Translations under genes and position numbers: made by a program
The notes under the pieces: generated by a model
What the model was told of the DNA's origin: nothing
What the model saw: the letters and a program-made list of their open reading frames with translations, nothing else
The model's database searches: none
Shown: piece after piece, positions 40,605 through 49,952 of the stretch
Position numbering within the stretch: position 1 is the stretch's first letter
Layout of the letters: each line of letters opens with the position of its first letter
Source of the DNA: Candidatus Hydrogenedentota bacterium
GTDB taxonomy: Bacteria; Hydrogenedentota; Hydrogenedentia; Hydrogenedentales; SLHB01
DNA: 57,610 bases
Direction: 5' to 3'
NCBI GenBank assembly: GCA_029974275.1
Contig: JARKSN010000273.1
Location: forward strand, 1-57,610

Positions 40605-41051
40605 CTATCCCGTGATGTTGATGCGGGGGGCTGCGTGTTGGCTGGACGGGGCCGGGGTGGAAAAGGTTTCGCGGGCGATCGCTTCGAACGCTTCCTGCCA
40701 AGTGTCGCGCATGGTCGACATGAGGCGGATGCACTCGGCGATCGGGGCGGTTTCTTTCCGGATATTCGCCTGAATCAAGAGGTATTGGAAGTACTCGTAG
40801 ATGCGGTCCAAGTTCTTGGGGATGTCTCCCATCGACATATTAAGGGCGCCGCGCAGTTCGCCGATGATTTCTTGCGCGCGGATGAGGTTGTTGTGGACTC
40901 CTTCGAAGCGGTTTTTTTGCATCTGGCGCTGCGCCTGTTCGGCGCGCTGGATGGCGCCGTTGAAAAGCATCACGATCAGCTTGCCTTGCGATGCGGTTTC
41001 AACGTCCACCTGCCGGTACGCGGATGCGTAATGCGTTGAAGGAGTATGCAT
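40605..41051 (-). CDS. fliS: flagellar export chaperone FliS
   Basis: AY....V.TAS.GKLIVMLFNGA, AQEII.EL..AL, NL..IY.Y and W.EA. Confidence 0.93.
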   Translation of the reverse strand: MHTPSTHYASAYRQVDVETASQGKLIVMLFNGAIQRAEQAQRQMQKNRFEGVHNNLIRAQEIIGELRGALNMSMGDIPKNLDRIYEYFQYLLIQANIRKETAPIAECIRLMSTMRDTWQEAFEAIARETFSTPAPSSQHAAPRINITG

Positions 41052-41075
41052 GCGGTTTTCTCCTCGTTGTGATGC

Positions 41076-42806
41076 TTACAGCGAACTCAAACTGTTGCTG
41101 AGGCGTGCGAGCGCGGTGTTTTGGGCCTGGAACTGCGCCGACATTGTTTCCAGCCGCGTGAACTGTTTGCGCAAACGGGTTTCGTACTGCGTAAGCCGTT
41201 CTTGCAACTGACCGATGCGGTCGTTGTACATCTTTATTCTCTGGTCGAATTCGCCGTTGGCGCTGACGCGCATGCGCAAGTATCCGTTCGTATTGGCGAT
41301 GCCGTCGATATACGTGTTGAGCCGGTCGGCAATCCCGTCCCCCCCGGAGTTCGTGAACAAGGAAGCGACCGCATTCGGGTTGGCGCTCAGGGCCTTGCGC
41401 AGGGCGCTTTCATCGAGTTGATACTGGGCCTCGGCCTTGGAATCGAACGAGTTGCCCGTGGAAACGCCTATCGTGGTGAGATTCGAGTATGAGCCCGATG
41501 CGCCGGAAACCGTGCCCAAAAGGATGTTCTTGAGGTAATCCGCGACGATGCTGATGGAGCCGTCCCCTGCCAAGGTTCCGTTCTTGGCCGTCAAGGATCC
41601 GATTTGGCTTAACGTGCGGTTGACTTCGTCAAGAAAGCTTTTCACCGAGGCAACCGCCGCATCCATGTCCTGGGAAACCGTGACGGAAGCGGAGCCGACG
41701 CTCAAGAAATTCAACGTCACTCCAGGGATCGCGTCCGAAACCGTGTTCCCGTTGCGCGTTTGGAGAGGGCCTCCGTTGACGGAGAATTGGGAGTCCAGTC
41801 CGGCGGTCTGCGCAGCGCCGATCAGATTGGTGACGCCGAGGAAGTTGCTGGTTCCCGACGCCAGCGCAATAGTGCGACTGCCCAAGACCTTCGAGGCAAG
41901 CTGCACGGAATCGGAAGCGGTGTCGTAGGTTGCCGTGACTTGGGCGTCGGATTGATTGATGCGATTGAGCACATCGGTCAGGGCGTCTTGAGTCGCGTCC
42001 ACGACAAACGCAATGCCGTTGATGGAAAACGTGCCCGATGAGATGGGACCGCCGCCAAAATTGATCGCGTTGAGGGGCGACCCGATATTGACGGCCCCCA
42101 GGTTGACCGTGCTGCGGGTCATGGTTGATCCCGAACCGTTCGTGCTTTGGGTGGCTCCGATTACGTTGATAGCGGCGAGAAAATTGCTCGTGTCGCCCGC
42201 CGCGCCGAAATTGATGATTGCCGTATTGCCTGCGGCGGCATTGGCCAAGGTCACTTTGTCTTCCGCCGGGTCGTACGAGGCCGCAACGCCCGCCGCGCTC
42301 GCATTGATGGCCGTCAAAACATCGTTTAGGCTCTGGATAGCCGGGTCCACGGAAAACGCGACGCCGTTGATCGTGAACACGCCTCCGTTCACCGCGGTTG
42401 CCATGCCGTTGGAGGCCAGCGGAACTGCCGGGTCGACGCCCCCCCCCATCCTCGCGCTGCTCCGGGCGATCGTGGCCGTGGCAAGTTGGCTGACGGTGAC
42501 GGCGTACGTCCCGGACACCACGTCTGATCCGGTGATGGAGACGTTCGCCACCGAACTCGCGCTGGTGGCGCCTGTGAATTTCGTGAACGGAGAGGCGAGT
42601 CTGAAATCCTGGGCGCGACTGCGCAGGGTTTGCAACTGGGTCAGCAGGTTGGAGAGCGCGCTTTTTCGCGAGGTGAGGGTCGTCACCGTGCCCTGCATCT
42701 TGGTGATAGGTTGACGTTCCAACTGCACCAATTGCGAGATGAGGGAATTCGTGTCCAGGCCCGTAATCAGACCGCTCGCCGTGATGGTTCCCGACATACG
42801 CGCCAT
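41076..42806 (-). CDS. fliD: flagellar filament cap protein FliD
   Basis: GL.TGLDT..LI.QLV..ER.P at the N-terminus, VSQLA, N...DAIPGVTL and C-terminal L.KQF..LE. Confidence 0.92.
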   Translation of the reverse strand: MARMSGTITASGLITGLDTNSLISQLVQLERQPITKMQGTVTTLTSRKSALSNLLTQLQTLRSRAQDFRLASPFTKFTGATSASSVANVSITGSDVVSGTYAVTVSQLATATIARSSARMGGGVDPAVPLASNGMATAVNGGVFTINGVAFSVDPAIQSLNDVLTAINASAAGVAASYDPAEDKVTLANAAAGNTAIINFGAAGDTSNFLAAINVIGATQSTNGSGSTMTRSTVNLGAVNIGSPLNAINFGGGPISSGTFSINGIAFVVDATQDALTDVLNRINQSDAQVTATYDTASDSVQLASKVLGSRTIALASGTSNFLGVTNLIGAAQTAGLDSQFSVNGGPLQTRNGNTVSDAIPGVTLNFLSVGSASVTVSQDMDAAVASVKSFLDEVNRTLSQIGSLTAKNGTLAGDGSISIVADYLKNILLGTVSGASGSYSNLTTIGVSTGNSFDSKAEAQYQLDESALRKALSANPNAVASLFTNSGGDGIADRLNTYIDGIANTNGYLRMRVSANGEFDQRIKMYNDRIGQLQERLTQYETRLRKQFTRLETMSAQFQAQNTALARLSNSLSSL

Positions 42807-42867
42807 CTCCGCTTCTTGGCTTCCTGCGCGCTCTCTGAAATGGAAGCGCAGCTACATGCTTACGTCT

Positions 42868-42895
42868 TTATCGGCAAAAGCGTCAATAGACTTTA
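42868..42895 (-). promoter_or_regulatory. sigma28 (FliA/SigD) promoter for fliD-fliS
   Basis: Minus strand TAAA-N16-GCCGATAA, about 60 nt upstream of fliD. Confidence 0.85.
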
Positions 42896-43039
42896 GGAAG
42901 CGCCACGCCTTTCAGGAGACTGATAAGGCGTTTTCCATGAAGCACTTGCAAAGAAAACACGATCAAAAATACACCAGGAATCCGTTATTTTTTGTTTTAA
43001 TCTCCGCGTATTCGGCGAAATCAGCATATGCGGAATCGA

Positions 43040-43071
43040 GATGTCCGGGACCGTTTCCGGTCCCGGACATC
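43040..43071 (-). terminator. hairpin downstream of rnpB
   Basis: 14-bp perfect stem GATGTCCGGGACCG/CGGTCCCGGACATC with a GAAA loop on the minus strand. No strong U-tract. Confidence 0.55.
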
Positions 43072-43078
43072 ACATATG

Positions 43079-43436
43079 GAGCAGGCCTGTAAGCCGAGTT
43101 CTGTCTAGAGGCTAAAGCCTCCGAGACGGCCATTCATCTGGGACGCACGTCGCCGTGCGCCTCGAGCTTCCAACCCGGGAGCGGAGCGGGCCACTCCATA
43201 GCTCCCCTATTAGGAATTGCTCCGGGTGGGGTTTGACCAGCCGATCTGTCGCCAGACCGCTGGTGCGCTCTTACCGCACCTTTTCACCCTTGCCGGCCCC
43301 CGAAGGGACGTAGGCGGTGTCGTTTCTGTGCCACTTTCCGTCGGGTCGCCCCGCCTTCCCGTTAAGAAGCACCCTGCCCTGTGGAGCTCGGACTTTCCTC
43401 GACGCCACAAGGACGCCGCGACCGTCCGGCCTGCTC
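43079..43436 (-). ncRNA. rnpB: RNase P RNA (bacterial type A)
   Basis: Minus strand begins GAGCAGGCC, contains GAGGAAAGTCC, GGAAAGTGGCACAGAAA and GGTAAGAGC, and ends ACAGAACTCGGCTTACAGGCCTGCTC. The P1 ends pair. Confidence 0.95.
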
Positions 43437-43550
43437 GAATGTCAGTGTAGCACATATCGGGGGGAAAGGACGACCTCGGCCTGACGAGGCATGCGGCAAA
43501 AGGACAGGGGCCGCGCGTCAGAACCGCCCATCCTGGTAGGACTGGAAACA

Positions 43551-43638
43551 TGGTGCCGGGAGCGAGACTCGAACTCGCAAGCCCTGTTACGAGCACTAGG
43601 TCCTTAGCCTAGCGTGTATGCCATTCCACCATCCCGGC
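43551..43638 (-). tRNA. tRNA-Leu, anticodon AAG
   Basis: 88 nt. Acceptor stem GCCGGGA/TCCCGGC, anticodon stem CTAGG/CCTAG with loop CT-AAG-GA, long variable arm, TTCGAGT T-loop, A73 and encoded CCA. Confidence 0.93.
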
Positions 43639-43809
43639 ACGCGCAGAGTGTACAAGATCGCGCGGTGAAGATGCAACTTGACGCAGGGTTGACAGAGGGA
43701 AGATTGAATGGGTATGTTCATGCCCGACGAGCCTGGCCGGGGGATTCGGGAAATGTTTGATCGCGGAAAGAGCGATGGCGTTTGCCGTTTACAAGGGGGA
43801 GATACAAAG

Positions 43810-44655
43810 ATGTTGCGACGCATTGGGGTGGGGTTGTGTGCGTGTTGGATCATGGGGGCGGTTCTGTGCATTGTTCCGGCGGCGGCCGATGATGTCAAGA
43901 AGGGAGAAACGCCGGCGTCTCAGGCTTCTTGCATTGGGGAAGACGGCAAGGACTGTGCCTCTTCGTCCTGGATGGAGGGTTGGTATGTTGTGTGGGGCGC
44001 TTCGAACCTGTTTCCAGGGCTGAAGGAGTCCGAGGCGAAAATCGATCGTCTGCTGAATCGCGGCGTCGGATCGATTTTTCCCCGCTGGGAACGTCCCACA
44101 ACGTTCAAGGATTGGCGCAATGACATGAAGTTGTGGGATGCGTTTGTGGGGGTGGGCCGTCCTATCAACGAGAAATGGAGCTGGACGGGCACGTATGGGT
44201 ATTCGCGCGGCTTGATCCAAAACGCGAAGGTGTATTATCCGCTGGGCATGCCGTTGAAAATGCATGTGAATTTCAAGCGCAGCGTGTATTTTCTGTGCGG
44301 CTCGTTGAGTTATTACCCGTGGGGCGTTCCGAAGCTCGAGGAGACGGATGCGCAGCGGAATGTTCTGGTCCGCATGTTGCGCGGCGCACGCCCGTACGGC
44401 GAATTGACGACCGGCTATGTGCATGTCTCGCGCGAGGGAAATACGTGGGCCACGTTGCCCAATATTGCGCGGCTGTTGCGCTACACGGATGTGCAGCACG
44501 ACAATCTTTTTTACCTGAGCCCTCGCGTGGCCGTGGAGATGCCCATCACGGAGAACGATTCCTTCAATATCATGGTAGGCCGCTTGTTCTTTACGTCGCA
44601 TTCGAAGGAATACGACAGCACGTCGATCTATTTTTTCCACCGTCACCGTTTTTGA
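43810..44655 (+). CDS. secreted / putative outer-membrane beta-barrel hypothetical protein
   Basis: Signal peptide (..VPAAA), aromatic-rich alternating strands and a C-terminal Phe (HRHRF). Confidence 0.65.
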   Translation: MLRRIGVGLCACWIMGAVLCIVPAAADDVKKGETPASQASCIGEDGKDCASSSWMEGWYVVWGASNLFPGLKESEAKIDRLLNRGVGSIFPRWERPTTFKDWRNDMKLWDAFVGVGRPINEKWSWTGTYGYSRGLIQNAKVYYPLGMPLKMHVNFKRSVYFLCGSLSYYPWGVPKLEETDAQRNVLVRMLRGARPYGELTTGYVHVSREGNTWATLPNIARLLRYTDVQHDNLFYLSPRVAVEMPITENDSFNIMVGRLFFTSHSKEYDSTSIYFFHRHRF

Positions 44656-44679
44656 TCGTGAACGATTGGCGCGTGTGCG

Positions 44680-45708
44680 TCACTCGACGATCGTCCTCCA
44701 CGTGACGCGACGTTCGGCAGGGCGTTGGGCGTCAACGGGGGCGGAGCAGCGGCATTCGATCGCATATGTCCCTTTTGCGTTGAAGACGTGCGTGAGCGTG
44801 GCGCCGCCATCGGCGGGTTTTCCGTCGATGGTCCATTCGTAGGTTTCATAACCCTTGGGGGCGGGCACACGGAACGTTTGACCGGCGGCGACTTTCCATT
44901 CAATGGGCGCATCATCGGTCGCGACGCCGGTCACGCGAGTCGTCCCGGACCAACTCACGATGCGCGCCGCGCCCTCGGTCTCAACAAGACCCACGGCGTA
45001 ATCGCCAGGTTGCTGAAAGGGGTGTTTGAATGTGCTTTCCCCCACTCCTTCCAGCACGACTTTTCCGTTCAACAGCCAGCGATAGACGCGATTGGGGTTC
45101 TTCGGAAGTTCTATCAACAGGGTTTGGCCGACTTTGTATTCGGGTGGCAGGGCGATTTCCAGCTTCTCTCTTCCCGCAAATTGCGCCAATCCATGTTCGA
45201 GTTTGGCGGCTTCGAGACTGCCGAGTTTGGCGGCGTCCTGGTCGACAATGCTCTTGATGCGCGATAGAGGCGTATATACCAGCACCGATACGTAGTCTTT
45301 GCCGACGGGCAACTGGAGTTCGTAGGAACCGACTTCGCATGTATCCGGGTTGAGTTTAATCGTGATCACGCCGGGTTCTTCCGTGGAGGGCGTACAAATA
45401 ATCATGCGGGCATAATCGCTCGCGCCTGCCATGAGACGCGGTTTGCCGAACTCGCTGGAAGCGACAGGGATGCCTTCTCTGCGAACCGTCACGTTGTGCG
45501 TAACATCCAGCGCATCAAAAACCAATTCGTCGGGCTGGACCGTGAGTTGAGGCGCGCGCAGAGAGGTTTCCAGCGGGGCTGGGCCCGTGGGAAGCTGCCC
45601 CCAGGCCATTGTGGTCGCAAAGGCGACGCAGAGAATGTTTGCCAGCGCGAATCGCGTTTTTCCAGGATTTTCGGGAAACGGTTGCTGTTCTGCACATGGG
45701 ATGTTCAT
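44680..45708 (-). CDS. secreted protein with PKD/Ig-like domains
   Basis: Hydrophobic signal segment and two Y.W..(N/D)GK.....H.F...G.Y PKD-like units. Start taken at ATG 45708. Confidence 0.65.
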   Translation of the reverse strand: MNIPCAEQQPFPENPGKTRFALANILCVAFATTMAWGQLPTGPAPLETSLRAPQLTVQPDELVFDALDVTHNVTVRREGIPVASSEFGKPRLMAGASDYARMIICTPSTEEPGVITIKLNPDTCEVGSYELQLPVGKDYVSVLVYTPLSRIKSIVDQDAAKLGSLEAAKLEHGLAQFAGREKLEIALPPEYKVGQTLLIELPKNPNRVYRWLLNGKVVLEGVGESTFKHPFQQPGDYAVGLVETEGAARIVSWSGTTRVTGVATDDAPIEWKVAAGQTFRVPAPKGYETYEWTIDGKPADGGATLTHVFNAKGTYAIECRCSAPVDAQRPAERRVTWRTIVE

Positions 45709-45859
45709 GGTCAAGCCCTCATTGTTCCGCCTGTTTGGCGCGGGTAACGAATCGTTGCATAATCTCTGGAGAGTTCCGCAAGTTTCCGGCGAAAAGGGTT
45801 CGGGGAAAACATCCTGCGCCCGTCCTCTTGCGTCGCTCCGTCTTGCCGGAAATTCGACA

Positions 45860-46342
45860 TCATGGATTGGGGACGTGTTCAAAACAGACGCGCAGGGAAA
45901 ATGGGCCGAGATCGCTCGCGAATTGAATCTCGATCCATTGGGATTTTGCAGGGGCGTAGACATGATATTCCTCTCCGCGAATGACGGTGGGCAGGGTAAG
46001 CTCTAGCGTGCTGCCCACCAAGGCGGAGAGTTTCGCTTTGGCGAATCCTGAGACCATGTTCACGATTTCCGCCATGGCGTCGCACACGATTTCCGGAGAG
46101 GGGGCGCTCTCGGCTCGGTCGCCCAGCAATTTGCCTAGTATGGCATGGGTGGTTTCCGGGGTGAACAGCATGGCTACTGTGCCGCGCACCGTGCCGCTGA
46201 GGCCAACGACCGCCATGAGTTGGTTCGGAGGCTTGTCTGTGTCGGCCAAGGCGACGTGGGTGTAGCGGACTTTGGCGTCCAACATAGAGCCAAAAACCTC
46301 GTATACGCCTGATACTAAAGGGTTTACAAAGTCCGCTTTCAT
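45860..46342 (-). CDS. cheX: chemotaxis phosphatase CheX
   Basis: MKADFVNP, VGLSGTVRG, DAMAEIVNMVSG (E-x-x-N) and LPTVIRG. Confidence 0.88.
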   Translation of the reverse strand: MKADFVNPLVSGVYEVFGSMLDAKVRYTHVALADTDKPPNQLMAVVGLSGTVRGTVAMLFTPETTHAILGKLLGDRAESAPSPEIVCDAMAEIVNMVSGFAKAKLSALVGSTLELTLPTVIRGEEYHVYAPAKSQWIEIQFASDLGPFSLRVCFEHVPNP

Positions 46343-46411
46343 ATTCAGGATATCTCCCTGCTGGGGTTTCGTGGTTATGCCCACACGTACGCGGATATCG
46401 GGAGTCACCAT

Positions 46412-46449
46412 ACAAAACGTCCCCCGGCATGTCAATATGCCGGGGGACG
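46412..46449 (-). terminator. intrinsic terminator after the porin gene
   Basis: CGTCCCCCGGCAT stem with its complement, followed by TTTTGT on the minus strand. Confidence 0.75.
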
Positions 46450-46468
46450 GAAACGAGACTTGGGAAGA

Positions 46469-48040
46469 TTAGAATTTCAGCGTGGTCATCCAGAAGACGT
46501 AGTCGGCATCGGATTTCCGGGTGCCTCCGCTGAAATCGGTTCCGTTGAATTGAATGTACGCGCCGTCAGCCAGGCCATCGCCCACCCACAAGTGGTTGTA
46601 GTACAAGAGGAAGGAGAGGTCCTTGGTATAGTTATACTTGATCCAGATGGCCCCTTCCCACCCGATGTCTGTGCTGCCTTCCTGGGTGAGGAAGCTCCAA
46701 CTGGGCATGATCGGGACGCGGTAACGGCCCAGCTTGATCGACCAGGGAAGGTCGAATGGTTTGTCGGCCCAATCCTTGGCCACGTGCATGTGGACGAGGA
46801 CGCTGTCGGTGGGCTTGAATTCGACGCCGGCGCCGGCCTGGATGAAGTTGGACAGCCAGCCGTTGTCGTTCACGACAGGCATGTGATTGGAGTCGGAGAA
46901 CAAGCGGTTGAAGGAAACGCTCGACTTGGCGCGGTAGAAGGGATTGAGCCAGTCGATGAAGCTGATGTCGCGGTTGTCTTGTCCCTGGAAGTAGGAGGCC
47001 ATGACCAGCACGCGAGGCTTCATCGCCACATCGAAGGTGTATCCGGCGTTGAGTTCGGCGGCCCAGTTGTCGTATTCGGCCTTGGTGTCGCCATAGGGAG
47101 ATCCAAGCGGCTTAAAGCGAATGCCGTGGGCGTCGGCGCTGCCGAATTGATAAGCGACTTCCAAGTCGTAGTCGAATCCGCCCGCTTTGCCGTAGCCGCG
47201 CAGGCCGACCGTGTGCAGATTGGTCACGTCGTAGTCATCAAGGCCTAGAAGATTTTCGAGCCACTCGCCGAACCAAACGAGTTGGGTGTCGCGCCGGGCG
47301 ATGGCGTCGCGCAGCCAGAACCAGTAGGCGGAGACGTCGAGGGCATCGCAGGTCTTGACGTTGCCGTAGATCCCGTAAAAGTCGACGTCGCCGTCTTGCT
47401 CGGCGATTCCGTTTTCAACCAGTTTCGTGGCGAAAACGTCAACGGTGATCGGCTTGACGTCGTATGTCAGGCGGATGCCGTCAAAGGAGAGGCGCTGGGT
47501 CGGGGTCAGCATATCGGTAACAAGCCAGCCTTTTCCGAATTTCAAGGCTTGCCGGCCGATGCGCACGTCCAGCGGCGACCCCCACATGTCTTTTACGTTG
47601 ATGTACGCCTGGTTGAGTTGCACGTTATCCGACCCGTTTCCGCGATTGTCCGCGCCAGTGACGTAGTCGGAACGAAAGGAGCCTTCGCCCCAGACGCCGA
47701 AATTGTAGAGTTCGATGAAGGCCGAGACGTCGTCCGTGAAATCAGCCTTGGTGTTCAGCACGACGGAGGACTCGTAGAAGTGCCAGTCCGGTATTTTGTC
47801 GTCCCAGGAGAAAAGAGAGGCCACATTGGCCGCGCCGATGGGGCGCTTGGGCAGCAAGCCGCCTGGAATCCGGATTTCCCGGCGCAGCCCCACGGCGCCG
47901 TTTAGCTGCTCGTTGAAGGTGTTCATGTAATAGCGACCGCGTATGCGGATTTCGCCGCCTACGGTCACGTTTTGGAGTTCGGCCCAGGCCGTGGCCGAAA
48001 ACAGCACTGCACTGATGATGACAAGACATGATCTTCGCAT
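46469..48040 (-). CDS. alginate export (AlgE-like) family outer-membrane porin
   Basis: Signal peptide ending in AWA; GGEIRIR, NQAYI, RIGRQ, FDGIR and E.AYQFG; C-terminal Phe. Confidence 0.8.
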   Translation of the reverse strand: MRRSCLVIISAVLFSATAWAELQNVTVGGEIRIRGRYYMNTFNEQLNGAVGLRREIRIPGGLLPKRPIGAANVASLFSWDDKIPDWHFYESSVVLNTKADFTDDVSAFIELYNFGVWGEGSFRSDYVTGADNRGNGSDNVQLNQAYINVKDMWGSPLDVRIGRQALKFGKGWLVTDMLTPTQRLSFDGIRLTYDVKPITVDVFATKLVENGIAEQDGDVDFYGIYGNVKTCDALDVSAYWFWLRDAIARRDTQLVWFGEWLENLLGLDDYDVTNLHTVGLRGYGKAGGFDYDLEVAYQFGSADAHGIRFKPLGSPYGDTKAEYDNWAAELNAGYTFDVAMKPRVLVMASYFQGQDNRDISFIDWLNPFYRAKSSVSFNRLFSDSNHMPVVNDNGWLSNFIQAGAGVEFKPTDSVLVHMHVAKDWADKPFDLPWSIKLGRYRVPIMPSWSFLTQEGSTDIGWEGAIWIKYNYTKDLSFLLYYNHLWVGDGLADGAYIQFNGTDFSGGTRKSDADYVFWMTTLKF

Positions 48041-48132
48041 TGGTCGTTCTCCCCCTTGTTTGTTGTGTCCGCTACACATATCCTCACATGGGTGCGATAC
48101 TGCTTACACGGATATGAGGTTGGAACCCCCGA

Positions 48133-49455
48133 TCAGCCGTCCCCGAGCTTGCGGCGATCCATGACGCGTTTGGCTTTGCCCACCGATCGCTCAAGGCTTT
48201 GCGGCGCCACCAGATCGACCTTCACCCGAATCCCCGTTACCGCTTGAATCTCCCGGTCGATGCGGTCCCGGAGCGCCTGCATCTCGCTCATTCTATCAGA
48301 AAAGATTTCGGAAATCACCTCGACTTTCACGGTCACCTCGTCGAGCGCCTCCGGACGGTCTATCTCGATGAGGTAATGGGGAGCGGCCCCCTCGACGCGC
48401 AGCAGGGCTTCCTCGATCTGCGAGGGAAACACGTTCGCGCCGCGGATAATCAGCATATCGTCGGTGCGCCCCTTGACGCGGCTCATCCGCACGGTGGTGC
48501 GCCCGCATTCGCAGGGGCACACATCGAGCGCGGCGATGTCGCGTGTGCGATAGCGGATGATGGGCATGGCCTCCTTGGTGATCGCCGTGAAAACGAGTTC
48601 GCCGTATTCATACGGCCCGACCGGCTCGAGCGTGTCCGGGTCGATGCATTCGACAATGAAATGGTCTTCCTGGATGTGCATGCCGGCGCGGGCCGCGCAT
48701 TCGCCGCTGACGCCGGGGCCGATGACTTCGCTAAGGCCATAGTTGTTGAAGGCAAAAAGACCTAGTTCGCGCTCGATTTGGATGCGCATGTCTTCCGTCC
48801 AGGGTTCGCCGCCGAAATGGGCGAACTTCAAGGAGAGGGAGGTCGGGTCCACGCCTTGTTCCCGGGCCACTTCTGCGATGTTCAGCGCGTAGCTCGGCGT
48901 GCATACGAGCACGTCGGATTGCATGTCTTCCAGGAGCATGATCTGGCGGGGGGTGTTGCCGGATGCGGCGGGCAGAATGGCCGCGCCCACGCGTTCGACG
49001 CCGTAGTGAAGGCCGAACCCGCCTGTGAATAATCCATATCCGAAAGCGATGTGGACGGTGTGTTCCGGCCTTAACCCGCCCGCCACCAGGAAGCGGGCGC
49101 AGAGGTCGGCCCAGAGCCCCAGGTCGTTTTGGGTGTACGCGACAAAGGTCGGCTTGCCGGTGGTGCCCGAGGAGCCGTGGTATCGGGCGACTTTTTCGCG
49201 AGGAACGGCCAGGAAGCCGAGGGGGTAATGGTCGCGCAGATCGGCCTTGGTCGTGAAGGGCAAGCGCCGGAGATCGTCGAGGGATTTGATATTCCCCGGG
49301 GTCACGCCCGTCTTGGCGAATGCCTCTTGGTAGAAGGGGACATGTTCCACGCGCGCCACGCATTCACGCAGCCGATCGAGCTGCAGCCGCTCCAGATTCT
49401 GACGGGACAGCGTTTCTGCGGCGTCCCAGATGCGATTTTCGATTACCATTGCCAT
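48133..49455 (-). CDS. paaK: phenylacetate--CoA ligase (copy 2)
   Basis: [30 protein letters not shown] and GRTDDMLIIRG.NVFPSQIE. Confidence 0.92.
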   Translation of the reverse strand: MAMVIENRIWDAAETLSRQNLERLQLDRLRECVARVEHVPFYQEAFAKTGVTPGNIKSLDDLRRLPFTTKADLRDHYPLGFLAVPREKVARYHGSSGTTGKPTFVAYTQNDLGLWADLCARFLVAGGLRPEHTVHIAFGYGLFTGGFGLHYGVERVGAAILPAASGNTPRQIMLLEDMQSDVLVCTPSYALNIAEVAREQGVDPTSLSLKFAHFGGEPWTEDMRIQIERELGLFAFNNYGLSEVIGPGVSGECAARAGMHIQEDHFIVECIDPDTLEPVGPYEYGELVFTAITKEAMPIIRYRTRDIAALDVCPCECGRTTVRMSRVKGRTDDMLIIRGANVFPSQIEEALLRVEGAAPHYLIEIDRPEALDEVTVKVEVISEIFSDRMSEMQALRDRIDREIQAVTGIRVKVDLVAPQSLERSVGKAKRVMDRRKLGDG

Positions 49456-49462
49456 GGCGGCG

Positions 49463-49903
49463 TCACCGCTGGCTGCGATCGTAGAGTTCGACGCTGCCGA
49501 CGACATTGACGCCCTGCGTTTGAAGCGCCGCGACGGCCGCGTCGGGGTCTTCAAAGCGGAAAATCATGATCGCCTTGTCTTCTCGGCCAAAGGTGAAGGC
49601 GTACATGTATTCGATGTTCAGGCTCGCCTTCTCGATGTGGCCGAGCAATTCATCAAGGCCGCCGGGTTTGTCGTCCACTTCCACGGCCACGACTTCCGTG
49701 GTTTTGACGACGCACCCTGCTTCTTCGAGCGCTTTCTTCGCTTTTTCCCAATCGCGCACGATGAGGCGCAAGATGCCGAATTGCTGCGTGTCGGCCAACG
49801 ACAATGTCAGGATGTTGATGCCCGCTTGGGCCAGCACCGAGCACGGTTTTCTGAGGTGCGCGGGCTTGTTCTCGAGGAACAATGAAAGTTGCGTCAGTTT
49901 CAT
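49463..49903 (-). CDS. tandem ACT-domain protein
   Basis: QLSLFLENKP, GINI..LSLADT..FGILR, DKPGGL and NIEYMYAF. Confidence 0.9.
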   Translation of the reverse strand: MKLTQLSLFLENKPAHLRKPCSVLAQAGINILTLSLADTQQFGILRLIVRDWEKAKKALEEAGCVVKTTEVVAVEVDDKPGGLDELLGHIEKASLNIEYMYAFTFGREDKAIMIFRFEDPDAAVAALQTQGVNVVGSVELYDRSQR

Positions 49904-49952
49904 GCCGGGTCCCTCCCTATTACTGCCTGCTACACGCATCGTGCGGTTTATG

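Noticed and set aside
43437..43560. tRNA 3' end as an integration site for an island or prophage
   Set aside because: No integrase and no duplicated tRNA 3' end is visible; rnpB follows directly.
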